A DNA stretch of 64,000 nt from an uncultured delta proteobacterium (GTDB lineage: Bacteria; Desulfobacterota; Binatia; UBA9968): positions 42,250 to 106,249 of the forward strand of contig CAVTUQ010000030.1 of the NCBI GenBank assembly GCA_963737905.1. Reading direction: 5' to 3'. Positions 41,573 through 51,977 of the stretch are shown one piece after another. The notes below the pieces were generated by a model. That model worked only from the letters and a program-made list of their open reading frames with translations, did not search any database and was not told the origin of the DNA. The stretch's first letter is position 1. Each line of letters begins with the position of its first letter. A program made the position numbers and the translations under genes.

Positions 41573-42754
41573 TTAATCCTTCACGATCAACTGAAGCTCT
41601 CGCTTGCCCAACCGTCTGGCGCCGTTTTCCGTGACCGTGACGGTATCGCCGAGGCTGGCGCGGCCTTTGCCTTCAGCGGGCCTCACTTGAGGCTTGAGAA
41701 TGAACGTCATGCCGGTTTGCACCTGAAGCTTAGAGAACCGCTCCAGGTCTTTATCTCCCAACAACGCTGGTCCGTCGTCGCCGAGACCGCGCGCGTGCAT
41801 CATCGGATGATTCCACAGATACTTGCTCTTGCCATGATGCTCGACGGTATCTCGGTAGATCTCGAATAGCTGGCCGAATGTCACGCCCGGTTTCATCGCG
41901 CCGAGAATTGCGTCGAAGCAGGCACGCGAGATATCGATCATCTTTTGATACTCGGTGTCCGGCGTCCCAATGACCACCGGACACACGGCCTGCGCCGCGT
42001 AGCCGCAATACTTCGCTTCAATCTCGTCGATGATCCGGTCGCCTTTTTGGATTCGATAGTCGGTGGGAACGAAAGAGCTGTTGCTGAGGCCCGGCCCCGC
42101 GCTCAGAAAAAACAATGTCGGCAGCTCGCCGCCGTTGGCAAGCATCGTCTGCACCATCGCCCCATAAAGCTCCTTTTCGCTTACGCCGGGACTGGCGTTT
42201 TCCACCATCGCTTCGATGGTCTTCTCCACAATCGCGGCGGACCGTTCGAGCATCGACACTTCCTCCGCGCTTTTGACGGCGCGGATTTCTTGCATCATCT
42301 CCGTGACGTTGACGATCTTCGCTTGAGGAAACGCGTCCTGAATCGCTTTCACCGAAGAGTAGGGAATGATTCCTTCCGGCGCGCGAAATAGACCGGCGAG
42401 CCCGGAAATCCCGATGGTGCCTTTTTGCAAGCCGAGTTCGCTAATCCGCTCGATCGCGTTCTGTCCCCAACGGTTGCGCCCGTCGCGGACGTCGGCGACC
42501 CATTTCTGCGCCTGTTTCCACCAGGCCGCGCGGTTGAAGATGTACGCGGTGACATCGCCTTCACGGGGAAATACAGTGAAAACTTCGGTAGCAAAGCCGC
42601 CAATCGTGGTGAGATAGCGTGAGTCGCCTTGCAGCTGTTCCCACCGACCGGTATTCGCCGGCAGCAGCAAGCAATCGATACCGCGCTTCGCCATCTCACC
42701 TCTAACGATTTTGTAGCGACGATCACGCTCTTCAATAGATAATTGTGGAATCAT
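41573..42754 (-). CDS. M24 (creatinase/Xaa-Pro) family hydrolase with non-canonical metal ligands (paralog 2)
   Basis: DSRYLT, RAVKSAEE, HARGLG, FILKP, GDTVTVTENGARRL. Confidence 0.85.
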   Translation of the reverse strand: MIPQLSIEERDRRYKIVRGEMAKRGIDCLLLPANTGRWEQLQGDSRYLTTIGGFATEVFTVFPREGDVTAYIFNRAAWWKQAQKWVADVRDGRNRWGQNAIERISELGLQKGTIGISGLAGLFRAPEGIIPYSSVKAIQDAFPQAKIVNVTEMMQEIRAVKSAEEVSMLERSAAIVEKTIEAMVENASPGVSEKELYGAMVQTMLANGGELPTLFFLSAGPGLSNSSFVPTDYRIQKGDRIIDEIEAKYCGYAAQAVCPVVIGTPDTEYQKMIDISRACFDAILGAMKPGVTFGQLFEIYRDTVEHHGKSKYLWNHPMMHARGLGDDGPALLGDKDLERFSKLQVQTGMTFILKPQVRPAEGKGRASLGDTVTVTENGARRLGKRELQLIVKD

Positions 42755-42792
42755 TATCTCTTTACCTCAATCTCTGTGGTTTCCGATAACTT

Positions 42793-42871
42793 CTTGAACG
42801 ATTTGAACGTTTTGAACTGTTTGAACCAATTTCGTTCAAGCGGTTCCAGTCGTTCAAGTCGTTCAAACCGT
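42793..42871. repeat. Inverted array of TTGAAC-core 9-mers
   Basis: ttgaacgat ttgaacgtt ttgaactgt ttgaacc followed by the reverse-complement units gttcaagcg gttccagtc gttcaagtc gttcaaacc. Confidence 0.85.
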
Positions 42872-42876
42872 CGGAA

Positions 42877-43743
42877 TCAGTGCCTGGTGGTTCGTTCGAA
42901 TCGATGCCCGATCTGTATTCTGTTACCGAAGGGATCATAGCCATAAACCGTGTGGCCGCCCTGTTCGTGCCAGGGAATTTTCGTGGGATCAGGTCCCCAG
43001 TAGTATTCTTTTCGGTTGAACCGTTCAAGGATCAGTGGATACAGTTCCGGCGCGATCCGAAAATCGATGTGGGGTCCCTTGACCGCGCGCGTGCTGCGTT
43101 CGGCGACTTGATCGACCTTGCGCAGAATCACCAACTGCCCTGTGTTCGGCACGGTGAGCGTAAACTGCTCTTCACCCGGCACTTGTCCCCCTTCCGTCAG
43201 ACCGAATGTATCCCGGTACCAGATCTTTCCCTGTTCCAAGTCCGTCACCTCGACGCGGACGTGGCTGATGCGGCGCAACGGAACGGTCTTTCCCTGAGGT
43301 TTGTCGGCTACGGGATCCCGGCGGATCGAAAGCTCCACGGTGTTGCCGTCAGGATCCAGAACGAAAAGCGACTCTTTGATTGGACAGGGCGCAGTGTATT
43401 CCACCGGCCCATGCCATTTGAGTTTCCGCTCTTCGGCTGCGCGCGCCACGGCGGTCAAATCCTCCGCCGCGACTTCGAAGCCGTAGACGACACCTTCCAT
43501 TGGTCGCGACGGTGTGGGAGAGATCGGAAAGTCCTGCAGGGCCACCCCCCAGCCTTTGTGGTTCGCCAGCGTGTAAAAAACAATCTGCGGCACTTCGCGA
43601 TTGAGCCCGCGGATATTCAAGTTGGTGAGATGGTCGATCTCCCCGCCCATGAAAGTTCTCCAGAAGCGGTGCGCGCGCCCCAAGTCATTACTCGGAACGA
43701 CACCATGGTCGATCCTTTCTATTGTCACCGTTTCAGTTACCAT
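42877..43743 (-). CDS. Two-domain VOC family protein
   Basis: IDHGVV..DLGRA..F, DPDGNTVEL, ISHVRVEVTDLE, DPFGNRIQI. Confidence 0.85.
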   Translation of the reverse strand: MVTETVTIERIDHGVVPSNDLGRAHRFWRTFMGGEIDHLTNLNIRGLNREVPQIVFYTLANHKGWGVALQDFPISPTPSRPMEGVVYGFEVAAEDLTAVARAAEERKLKWHGPVEYTAPCPIKESLFVLDPDGNTVELSIRRDPVADKPQGKTVPLRRISHVRVEVTDLEQGKIWYRDTFGLTEGGQVPGEEQFTLTVPNTGQLVILRKVDQVAERSTRAVKGPHIDFRIAPELYPLILERFNRKEYYWGPDPTKIPWHEQGGHTVYGYDPFGNRIQIGHRFERTTRH

Positions 43744-43881
43744 ATTGATTCCCCTCCAATTTTGGATTTTTCGATTTTAGAATCCGGCAATCGCTTGCTA
43801 TGTCTCTTATCCCCCAATCTAAAACCTGTCCTGAGCTTCGCCGAAAGATCGGCAATCGAAAATCCAAACTCAAAGCTGCCG

Positions 43882-45009
43882 TCACTTGCCGGATTTCTGC
43901 CGAGCCGCTTGATGAGATCACCCACCGGCTTCCATTCCATCCAATCGTGGCGGCTGATTTCGATGTAATCGACATCCTTGCGTCGCCGCGCCGCTTCCGG
44001 CACGACATTCGCGGGCAAATCTTCGCGCATCGAAGTTGTGGTTTCGTCTTCCTTCGTGTTGTTTGCCATTCGAAAAGCGATTTGGCCTTCCCGCGATAAA
44101 TACCAGTTGATGAATACTTTAGCGGCGTTGGGATGAGGATGATTGTTCATCAAGACGATGGCTCCGTTATTCGAGCCGATGCCCGGGGGCCTCTTTGAAT
44201 TGATAGGGATTCACCTCGGCTACGGGAAGTCCCTGTTCCATAGCGCGCCTGAGCCGGCAGAGAACACAGATCTGATATTTACCTGATGCCAGCCAATCGG
44301 TTCCCTGGCGAAAATCGCTAAAGTAAGTGAGATCCATCTCACCACCGTAAAGCCGTTCAAGAAATTTTGGTCCGACTTGCGGATGATGGTACATAAAAAG
44401 CAGTGCCGTCGAAACGTAGTTGGCCCGCGGCCACAGAGCGATCATCTTCCCCTTCCATTTCGGATCGAGAAAATCCCACAGCGAACGGATGGATTCCAAA
44501 TTAACCAGTTTTGTGTTCGTGTAAAACGGCGGCCCATAGAGCGTACTCTGATAAACAAAGACGTATTGCCCTTCGGGATCGACGTAGCGGTGCTTGCCCT
44601 TCCACCACTTTGACAGATCAGTCACTTCGGGCAGGACCAATGCCGGTGGGAATGGATCGATGGCCTTGCCGCGGTAAAAGCTATTATAGGTAGCGCCCGG
44701 CGCGCCAAGCATGACGTCGACCAAAAACTGGCCCGCCCGCCGTTCCGCCATGACTTTCGTAACAATCTCACTGGTCGTGCTGATACCGACGGAATTTAGC
44801 TTGATCTTGGGAAATTTCTTCTTGAAAGCATCCCAGATCACCGTCAGATCGCCCACCGAATTAGTCGCATAGACCGCTACCTCTCCTTCTTTTTCGGCCG
44901 CTTTGACAACTTCCTCCCAGCCAGGCTGCGCGGCAATCGCCGCACCCGCAACACTGAAAGCTCCTAAGCATATAAAAACGGCGATGAGCCAACGATAAGC
45001 CAGTGTCAT
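43882..45009 (-). CDS. Extracellular solute-binding protein (Fe3+-type), two frameshifts (~44180, ~43908)
   Basis: Signal peptide, AAEKEG, DFLDPKWKGK, continuing in another frame as HPHPNAAKVFINWYLSREGQ. Restored end ...AARQKSGK* at 43882. Confidence 0.8.
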
Positions 45010-45043
45010 AATTGCCTCCGTTGTTGATTCTGCTGAGAGACCC

Positions 45044-45135
45044 TCCGTTCATCCTTCGAGGGTCTCAGGACGAACGGAGGAGTGGTTGAAATCATCTGAG
45101 ATTTTCCGTTCATGCTGAGCATAGTCGAAGCATTC
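45044..45135. repeat. REP-like paired palindromic element (ccgttc..ctgagc..gtcgaag type)
   Basis: tccgttcatccttcgagggtctcaggacgaacgga ... tccgttcatgctgagcatagtcgaagca. Related fragment near 43825. Confidence 0.55.
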
Positions 45136-46075
45136 ATTCCGTACTAATCTCCTGTCCCAACCCCCTGTTCCGCGCCTCTTCATAAGCCCATGCTGCCAGC
45201 GCCAGATCGCCGTAGCCGCCCTGGGAGTCGCGAAACACGATAACACTCTTGGACGCATCAGGCACAAGAATTTTGCCGGCTAAGAGATCGCCAAATTCCG
45301 CAATGTCGTCCCAAGACACTTTTCCTTGCTGCGCCAAGCGGATCAGCGGCTGGTCCAACTTCGTATCGTAATATCCCAGTTCGTGCGTCTTGCTCGTCAC
45401 ACAAATCAAATTCGATCGCAAATAAACATCATCGTCAAACTCATTGGGCCGTCCAATCCCGAAAACTGAAAGGCCCGGCCGCAGCCATTGGCCAAGCAAT
45501 GCAGCCACCGGCGAATGGGTGCTCACAAGCACGATTTGAGTCTCATCGATTGCCGCCTGAGGGGAAGCGACGGCAGTAACCGGCAGTTTGAGCTTCTCAC
45601 TTGCCTTTTGCGCGAACGACTCGCGGTTTTCCGGATTTCTGCTGTAGACAAACACTTGCGCTATCGAACGAACTGCAACCGCCGGCTCGAGAATCGACAT
45701 GGCCAGCCGCCCACTGCCGATCAACGCAATCGACTTTGTTCTTGGGCTGGACAAGCGATCGATCGCAAGCCCCACGGTGGCGCTGATTCGAAGATTGCTA
45801 AAGGGATAGCCCATCACCGAAATAAGATCGCCGGAGCTAATCTCGAACAAAAGGGCAATACTTTCTCCGCCGGTGACACTCACTCGAAGACCGTTTTTAT
45901 CCTGCGCCTCGAGCCCGCCGACCACCATGCGCATCCCGCGATTCATGAAGCGCAGTGGCGGCACTTGCTTGACCTTGCCGGCGGCTTGTTCGCGAAAGGT
46001 CTCTTCCAGCACCCGCATCGCTTGGCGGAGATCGAGTAAAGCAGCGACTTCAGATCGGCGCAGTAGCAGCGTCAT
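45134..46075 (-). CDS. Ornithine cyclodeaminase / mu-crystallin family protein
   Basis: NLRISA, LIGSGRLA, VYSRN, DSQGGYGDLA. Similar to 38925-39887. Confidence 0.85.
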   Translation of the reverse strand: MTLLLRRSEVAALLDLRQAMRVLEETFREQAAGKVKQVPPLRFMNRGMRMVVGGLEAQDKNGLRVSVTGGESIALLFEISSGDLISVMGYPFSNLRISATVGLAIDRLSSPRTKSIALIGSGRLAMSILEPAVAVRSIAQVFVYSRNPENRESFAQKASEKLKLPVTAVASPQAAIDETQIVLVSTHSPVAALLGQWLRPGLSVFGIGRPNEFDDDVYLRSNLICVTSKTHELGYYDTKLDQPLIRLAQQGKVSWDDIAEFGDLLAGKILVPDASKSVIVFRDSQGGYGDLALAAWAYEEARNRGLGQEISTE

Positions 46076-46146
46076 AACTAGCTCTGTGGGATCCCCGAAG
46101 GGCCGGTTTCAACTCGAAACGAGAAACCCGTAACTCGAAACTGTTT

Positions 46147-47175
46147 TCACTGCGCCAGAATTTTTTTTATCCTTTCAACAACCTCCGGTGGCTGCTCGAT
46201 CACTTCTTTGGCGATCTTGGTCAGTTCCTCACCGCTGACCGGGGTAATCTCCAACTTGTTCTTAGTTGCGTCCTCCAGGAGTGCGGGATCGGCCATGCTT
46301 TTCATAAAGGCCTCGCGCAAAATCTTCGTCCGTTCCGGCGGAGTCGCCGGATGAGTCACGATCGGTCGGCCGAGCTCGCCGGAACCGAGCATGACGGTAA
46401 CGACGCGTCGCCCGAGGTCGGAGGTCTTGACTTCGTTCATGAGATCGCTGAGCAAGGGCGTATCCGGCAATCGCGGGTCCCGCTTATGGCCGGTTTGCAC
46501 CAGTATCCGGACAAAGTTTTTTTTGCGCCACGTATGATAGGGCTCACGGGCAAAGTACGCCGCCGTGGTGAACGAGCGACACACAACTTCGTTTCGCTCA
46601 GTAGCCAAATCGATCTCGTTGCCGCCGGCGTAACCCGTCACGATCTGAAACTTTGTGCCCAACGCCTCTTCAAGCATGCGCGGGATATAGTGCCCGCTGG
46701 TTCCGGTACCGGTGGCGCCGCATTTGGGAGGTTCGGTAGCTTTACGAACGTCCTGCATCGTCTTATACGGCGCATCGGAGCGCATGTAGAGCATGTGTTC
46801 CGATTTGTCGGAACTGGCGAGCCAGGTGAATTTGGTCCAATCAAATTTCACTTCTTTGTTGCCTTGGAGCTGGTTGAAATAATGTGCCGGGTTGATCGAT
46901 GCGATGGTCAAGCCGTCAGGTTTGGCAACCTCGTAAACGAAGTTCGCCGCCACCATGCCACCGGCCGCGGGCATGTTCTGCACGATCACGGTGGGATTTC
47001 CTGGGATATGTTTTCCGATATAGTTACCGAGCAGTCGCCCGTACATGTCGTATGCGGTTCCCGTACCCGAACCGATAATCAATGTTATCGTCTTACCTTG
47101 GTAAAATGGCGTCTGAGCATAAGGTCCGGGACTCGGTAACAAAAGTAAAAATACTAACAAAGCGATACGTTTCAT
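46147..47175 (-). CDS. TctC/Bug tripartite tricarboxylate transporter substrate-binding protein
   Basis: FYQGKTITLII, HIPGNP..IVQNMPAAGG, KPDGLT, VTGYAGG. Confidence 0.9.
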   Translation of the reverse strand: MKRIALLVFLLLLPSPGPYAQTPFYQGKTITLIIGSGTGTAYDMYGRLLGNYIGKHIPGNPTVIVQNMPAAGGMVAANFVYEVAKPDGLTIASINPAHYFNQLQGNKEVKFDWTKFTWLASSDKSEHMLYMRSDAPYKTMQDVRKATEPPKCGATGTGTSGHYIPRMLEEALGTKFQIVTGYAGGNEIDLATERNEVVCRSFTTAAYFAREPYHTWRKKNFVRILVQTGHKRDPRLPDTPLLSDLMNEVKTSDLGRRVVTVMLGSGELGRPIVTHPATPPERTKILREAFMKSMADPALLEDATKNKLEITPVSGEELTKIAKEVIEQPPEVVERIKKILAQ

Positions 47176-47901
47176 TGGGGAGTCTCCTGTGCTTTCCATA
47201 ATTTCTTGGCGCGTCAGCGCGTACGCTCGACTCAAGTGCCCGCCATACTAGATCGGACGCATATATACGATCAAGTGGAAAAAGTCTTTGAGGGATGACC
47301 CGAGACTAGCAAAGCGCTGGCATCTTGGCTGCGAGCACGATGACCAACGAAAGGTTTCAGAATATTGTTGATTTTCACCTTTGTGTCCTGCCTACTACTG
47401 TGTTTAAAAGTTTCGCAGCTCGCGTAAATCTTGTAGTGCCTATTCTGATTGTATCGATCCAGAAGAGATCTCACCGCGGAGGCCTGAGGGCGCAGAATAA
47501 AAAGTTTTCGATCAAGAAAAACTCCGATCTCTGGGAACTCAGCGTGTCTGCGGTGAAGTAAGGCTTGTTGCTTTGGTTGTGGCTCCGGCCCTGCAAAGTT
47601 CTCAAAATTGCAGAAATCTACGCGCGACGTTACACCATAAGCAGAGAGAGTTCGTAAAGCTTGGGCTTGCAGCGAAAATTGTACGTGCAAACCGGCAATC
47701 CTTGGGGACTTCCAACCGGCAACAAAATCGCTCTTGCATTTATCGTTGTTTCTGACCGGTGAGCAATTGCCAACTCAAGACAAATACGCCCACGGAAAGA
47801 CAACACTTCTCTGTGGAGAAATCGCTTTATCTTGAAGACGCTGATATAAGAGCGGTATAAAAATTGCTCGCTTTTCGCCCCTCAACGAACCGGGGGAGGT
47901 C

Positions 47902-48891
47902 TTGATGGACGACAACACGTTGGTAAACAAAGGACAGTCTGGAGTGCGGAGAACCGTGATAGCGCTCGCCAGTTGTGTTTTCGGTGCGGCGTTGATCCTA
48001 TTGGTATCACAAATGGGCTCCAAGTCGGAGGATAAAACCGGTACGACAGGAGAGGAGTCCTCTTTAAAAGCCCAGAAAAAGAAAACCCAGCGTGCCTGGA
48101 ATATCGCTCTGGGTAATGTGGTTGTGGTAGCCCAGGATCTGGGCTTGAATGCCAAGGCTCTCAAGGGCGGGCAGGTTGAAGAGTCGAAGATCTCATTCAG
48201 ACTCGAAAGCCAGTTGCAGGGCCTGCGTGAATTTTATCGCCAGGAAAGTGAGAAAGATCCGACCCTCATGGGTGGGATGCTGCTACAACTGACCGTCAGC
48301 CCTTCAGGGGATGTCACTCATGTGAAGGAACTCGTCTCGCGCATCGCCGACGATGAATTTAAAAAGGAAGTGCTGGCCGAGGCAGCCAAGTGGACGTTTC
48401 CAGAAATCATAACGGACAGCACGACTATCACTTGTCCAATCCTGTTCGTTCGCGAAGGAATGGACATCACCACAATCGTCCAGTGGGAAAAAACTCTCGG
48501 AGAATTCAGCGAAAAATCTGCCGTTGCCAAAATGAGCCCGACGGCGATTCAACAAAGCCAGACCGCGGAGCGCTTGAAGCGAAGCGAACCTGTTGCCAAA
48601 ACCGTGACGGCGTCCAATAAACCCAAAGCCGAACAAAATCCGGAACCCAAGTCGCTACCGCGAATATATCAGATCAAGCATCCAACCGCGAGTTCGTCAG
48701 GAGCCGAACTTTGAGTTCCGCTTCGCGCTCGGTAAATTCACGGGCGGGAGCTAGGGTTACCGTTCGTTTCAGCACACGGCGACTGGGTCGAAGTGCGAGC
48801 GGATGATGGCGGTTTAGCCGGTTTCATTCGAAGGGAGTTTGTCACACCCGTCGAATTAACTCAGAAAAGCAAAAGCGTTTCATCGCAGTAG
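47902..48891 (+). CDS. Membrane-anchored TonB-C/AgmX-like + C-terminal SH3 protein; frameshifted at ~48690-48770
   Basis: TM segment, LREFY..LMGGMLLQLTVSPSG..KWTFP. A downstream frame gives HGDWVEVRADDGGLAGFIRREFV...* (48891). Confidence 0.6.
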
Positions 48892-49098
48892 CCGGCCCTT
48901 TCTCCTTTAATCACCCTTCTCGAAACACGGAAGCGTCCTAAAGCCTCTCGATCTTACAAAGTTTGCTCCCAAAGCCCGGCGATCCATTGCTTGACAGGAA
49001 ACCGGTCACAGCTATGGCAGCTGGGCTATTGTGGAATAGCGCGGCCACGAATAAGATAGCTTCGGTCGCCGTTCTTTTGAACCCTTCGTCAAACCCTT

Positions 49099-50067
49099 AT
49101 GCCGAGTCGATTCGACAATCGCAGGTGGAAAATTTCAGGGAACAGCGAGACACCCGAGGCCTTCTTTCGGGAACGCCGCCAAGTCATTAAAACGGCCGGA
49201 GTTCTCGGTCTCGGACTTATTACCGGAACCGTATTCGGCTGTGGTCCCGCTCAGGACGCAGCAAAAATCGGCGGCCAGGAGCATCCGCCTGCTCCAGAGA
49301 TGTATCCAGCCCCCAGAGATACTCGTTTCAATCTCGACCGCCCCATAACGGATGAAGTCTACGCCGCCTCCTACAACAACTTTTATGAATTCACCACCTT
49401 TAAAGGAAGCGTTTACAAAAAGGCAGCGCGCCTGCGCACCTATCCCTGGCAGGTAGCGGTCGGCGGGCTCGTTTCAAAACCGCGTGTCTTCGACATTGAC
49501 GAACTCGTTCGTGCAATGCCGCTGGAAGAGCGCCTTTACCGTTTTCGCTGCGTGGAGGCCTGGGCAATGGCCGTCCCATGGACAGGCTTCCCGCTCGACG
49601 CTCTTATAAAAATGGTGCAGCCACTCTCCTCGGCTAAATTTGTTCGGTTCGTTTCATTTTTCAACCCGGCCGATGCCCCAAACCAAAGTTCATCTTACGG
49701 GCCCTGGCCCTATACGGAAGGTCTGACAATGGCCGAGGCGAACAACGATCTCACATGGCTGGCGACCGGCATCTATGGTCATCCGCTACCGAAGCAGCAT
49801 GGCGCGCCGTTGAGGTTAATTGTTCCATGGAAATACGGCTTCAAGAGCATCAAGTCGATAGCAAAGATTGAGTTTACAGCGGAGCAACCGAGAACTTTCT
49901 GGAATAGTATCACACCCCACGAGTACGGTTTTACGGCGAACGTCGACCCTAAGGTTCCACATCCGCGCTGGTCGCAGGAATCCGAACGCCTCATCGACAC
50001 CGGTGAGCGGCGCAAGACACTCTCTTACAATGGCTACGGGGAATGGGTCGCGAATTTATATAGGTAA
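49099..50067 (+). CDS. msrP: Protein-methionine-sulfoxide reductase catalytic subunit MsrP
   Basis: Tat-like RRQVIK, SYNNFYEF, RFRCVEAW (Mo-Cys), PWKYGFKSIKSI, EYGFTANV, HPRWSQ, YNGY. Confidence 0.93.
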   Translation: MPSRFDNRRWKISGNSETPEAFFRERRQVIKTAGVLGLGLITGTVFGCGPAQDAAKIGGQEHPPAPEMYPAPRDTRFNLDRPITDEVYAASYNNFYEFTTFKGSVYKKAARLRTYPWQVAVGGLVSKPRVFDIDELVRAMPLEERLYRFRCVEAWAMAVPWTGFPLDALIKMVQPLSSAKFVRFVSFFNPADAPNQSSSYGPWPYTEGLTMAEANNDLTWLATGIYGHPLPKQHGAPLRLIVPWKYGFKSIKSIAKIEFTAEQPRTFWNSITPHEYGFTANVDPKVPHPRWSQESERLIDTGERRKTLSYNGYGEWVANLYR

Positions 50068-50167
50068 CAGCACAAATAAGGCAAAGAGACTGAGAGGAAA
50101 ATATCTAGTTGCGAAGTTCGCGGTGACGAATCCTACGAGATGTATTGTTAGAGGCCGCCAGCGCTGG

Positions 50168-51277
50168 TTAGATCAACTGCCGTAGCGCTTTAGCCAGCAA
50201 CTCGACATTTTCCACCCGGGCTCCGTGCCCCATCAGGCCGACGCGCCAGATCTTTCCCTTGAGTGGACCAAGACCGGCGCCAATTTCAATATTGAACTCG
50301 TCGTACAAACGCTGCCGCACTTTTGCGTCGTCCGCGCCTTCGGGGATACGAATGGCGTTGATCATCGGCGCCCGGATCGATTCCGATACAGCAGGCTCGA
50401 TCTCCAGCTTACGCATCTCGCGAATAAAGACCTCATGCACACGACGGTGGCGCTGCCAACTGGCTTCCAAACCTTCCTCAAGCACCACCCGCAGGGCTTC
50501 ATGCAAAGCATAGTTCATGGAAATGGGCGCGGTGTGGTGGTAGACACGCTCGCTGCCCCAGTATTTTTCAATCATTGATAAATCGAGATACCAGCTCTGA
50601 ACTTTGGTCTTACGTTTTCGCACGGCCTCGATGGCCCGCTCGCTAAAGGTCACCGGCGAAAGCCCCGGCGGGCAACTCAGGCACTTCTGCGTGCCGCTGT
50701 AGCACGCATCGATACCTAACTCGTCTACCCTTACCGGCGCCCCGCCAAGCGATGTCACAGTGTCCACGAGAAGCAAGCTTTCGTACTCATGAACCAGTCG
50801 CGATATTTCGTCGAGCGGCTGAAGCACGCCGGTCGAAGTCTCCGCGTGAACGACCGCAACGAGCTTGAAACTCTTTTTTGCCAATGCGGCGCGGAATCGC
50901 GCCGGATCGAGCGCCGTCCCCCACTCCGCTTCAACCGTATCCACCTGGGCGCCGCAACGTTGAGCGACGTCCACCATCCGCGTGCCGAACACCCCGTTCA
51001 CTCCTATGAGGACCGCATCGCCGGGCTCGAGGAGGTTGACGAAGCAGGTCTCCATACCCGCGCTGCCGGTGCCGGACATGGGCAAGGCAAGGCGGTTTTT
51101 GGTCTGAAACAGTTCGCGCAGCATAGCCATGCTCTCGTCCATGATCTTGAGAAACGCAGGATCGAGATGACCCACTACGGGCAGAGACAAGCTCTGAAGC
51201 ACGCGCGGATTCACGGGACTCGGACCCGGTCCGAGTAGGGTGCGCAAGGGTGGTTTAACCTTCGGCGGAATTTCCAT
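50168..51277 (-). CDS. Alanine-glyoxylate / serine-pyruvate aminotransferase (class V PLP)
   Basis: LLGPGPS, GTGSAGME, HAETSTG, SGTQKCL (PLP Lys), YHHTAP, WRVGLMG. Confidence 0.93.
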   Translation of the reverse strand: MEIPPKVKPPLRTLLGPGPSPVNPRVLQSLSLPVVGHLDPAFLKIMDESMAMLRELFQTKNRLALPMSGTGSAGMETCFVNLLEPGDAVLIGVNGVFGTRMVDVAQRCGAQVDTVEAEWGTALDPARFRAALAKKSFKLVAVVHAETSTGVLQPLDEISRLVHEYESLLLVDTVTSLGGAPVRVDELGIDACYSGTQKCLSCPPGLSPVTFSERAIEAVRKRKTKVQSWYLDLSMIEKYWGSERVYHHTAPISMNYALHEALRVVLEEGLEASWQRHRRVHEVFIREMRKLEIEPAVSESIRAPMINAIRIPEGADDAKVRQRLYDEFNIEIGAGLGPLKGKIWRVGLMGHGARVENVELLAKALRQLI

Positions 51278-51572
51278 ATGGACTTTCCTTTCATTTAGCC
51301 GGTCGGTAGGACGTGTCGCGGATGCATCCCGTTCTCAGCTTCTTTCTTGATACAGCTTTACGAATATCCCAAGAGCCATTTACAATCGTTCTACCCTTAA
51401 CAGACACCGCTAGCAGCAAACAAGTTCTAAATAGTTTACTCAACACGCTTAACCTGTCCGTTGGAACCTGGATGCCCTTTGTTTAGGCAGAGAAATGAGT
51501 AAGCATGCGGCATCTCACCGAGGCAATGCCGAAAACAAATAGACTCTCGCTGACTTTTTCCTTGAAGGTCTT

Positions 51573-51588
51573 TGGCATGGCCATTGCT
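51573..51588 (+). promoter_or_regulatory. sigma54 (-24/-12) promoter
   Basis: TGGCATG-GCCA-TTGCT with GG at 51574-75 and GC at 51586-87, the canonical spacing. Confidence 0.7.
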
Positions 51589-51769
51589 CACTCAAATTTT
51601 AGAACTTGTTGAGCCGCTGATAAGTATAGTTTTATCGTTACTGTCCGGGAAGCAATGGCGCGATCCGAGACGGAAACAGAGCAAAGGCGCTCCCATCCAT
51701 AAAATGGTAGCGTTTTTTGTTTTTCCGGGGGAGGGAAGTTGAAGCGCAAATATCGTGTAACGCTAGGAA

Positions 51770-51970
51770 TCGATAGTCGGTGAAGCGCGGGATGAGCCGA
51801 CTCTGGCGCGCGCTTCCGTTTGTGTAACTGTGCCCCTCGCATGCCTCCGCGTGGGGGTAGGTCACACAGGGCCGGAACCAATTCGGAAGCGCGCGCCACT
51901 GATTTCGAGCTGGAAACCGGGAAATCCTCATCGCCTTTGCCGGCGGGATTTGACGAGGCGAAAAGGGAGA
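51770..51970 (+). ncRNA. Candidate structured leader RNA of unknown family
   Basis: Perfect 15-bp inverted repeat 51804-18/51884-98 enclosing further stems, flanking hairpins, and a 3' end abutting the RBS. Confidence 0.45.
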
Positions 51971-51977
51971 CAAAACA

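Noticed and set aside
42793-42871. Possible CRISPR array from regularly spaced repeats
   Set aside because: Units are 7-9 bp with no unique spacers, and there are no cas genes.
42880-43968. 362-aa + strand ORF (likewise 38871-39725, 46351-47139, 11787-12536)
   Set aside because: Each lies fully antisense to a gene with clear family motifs.
51895-51925. Cobalamin riboswitch call (gccactg...gggaa)
   Set aside because: The other conserved elements (GGGAA..GGTG..AA.TCC, CCC.C.ACTGT, AG.CAG..GACC) are not identifiable. Kept only as an unknown structured RNA.
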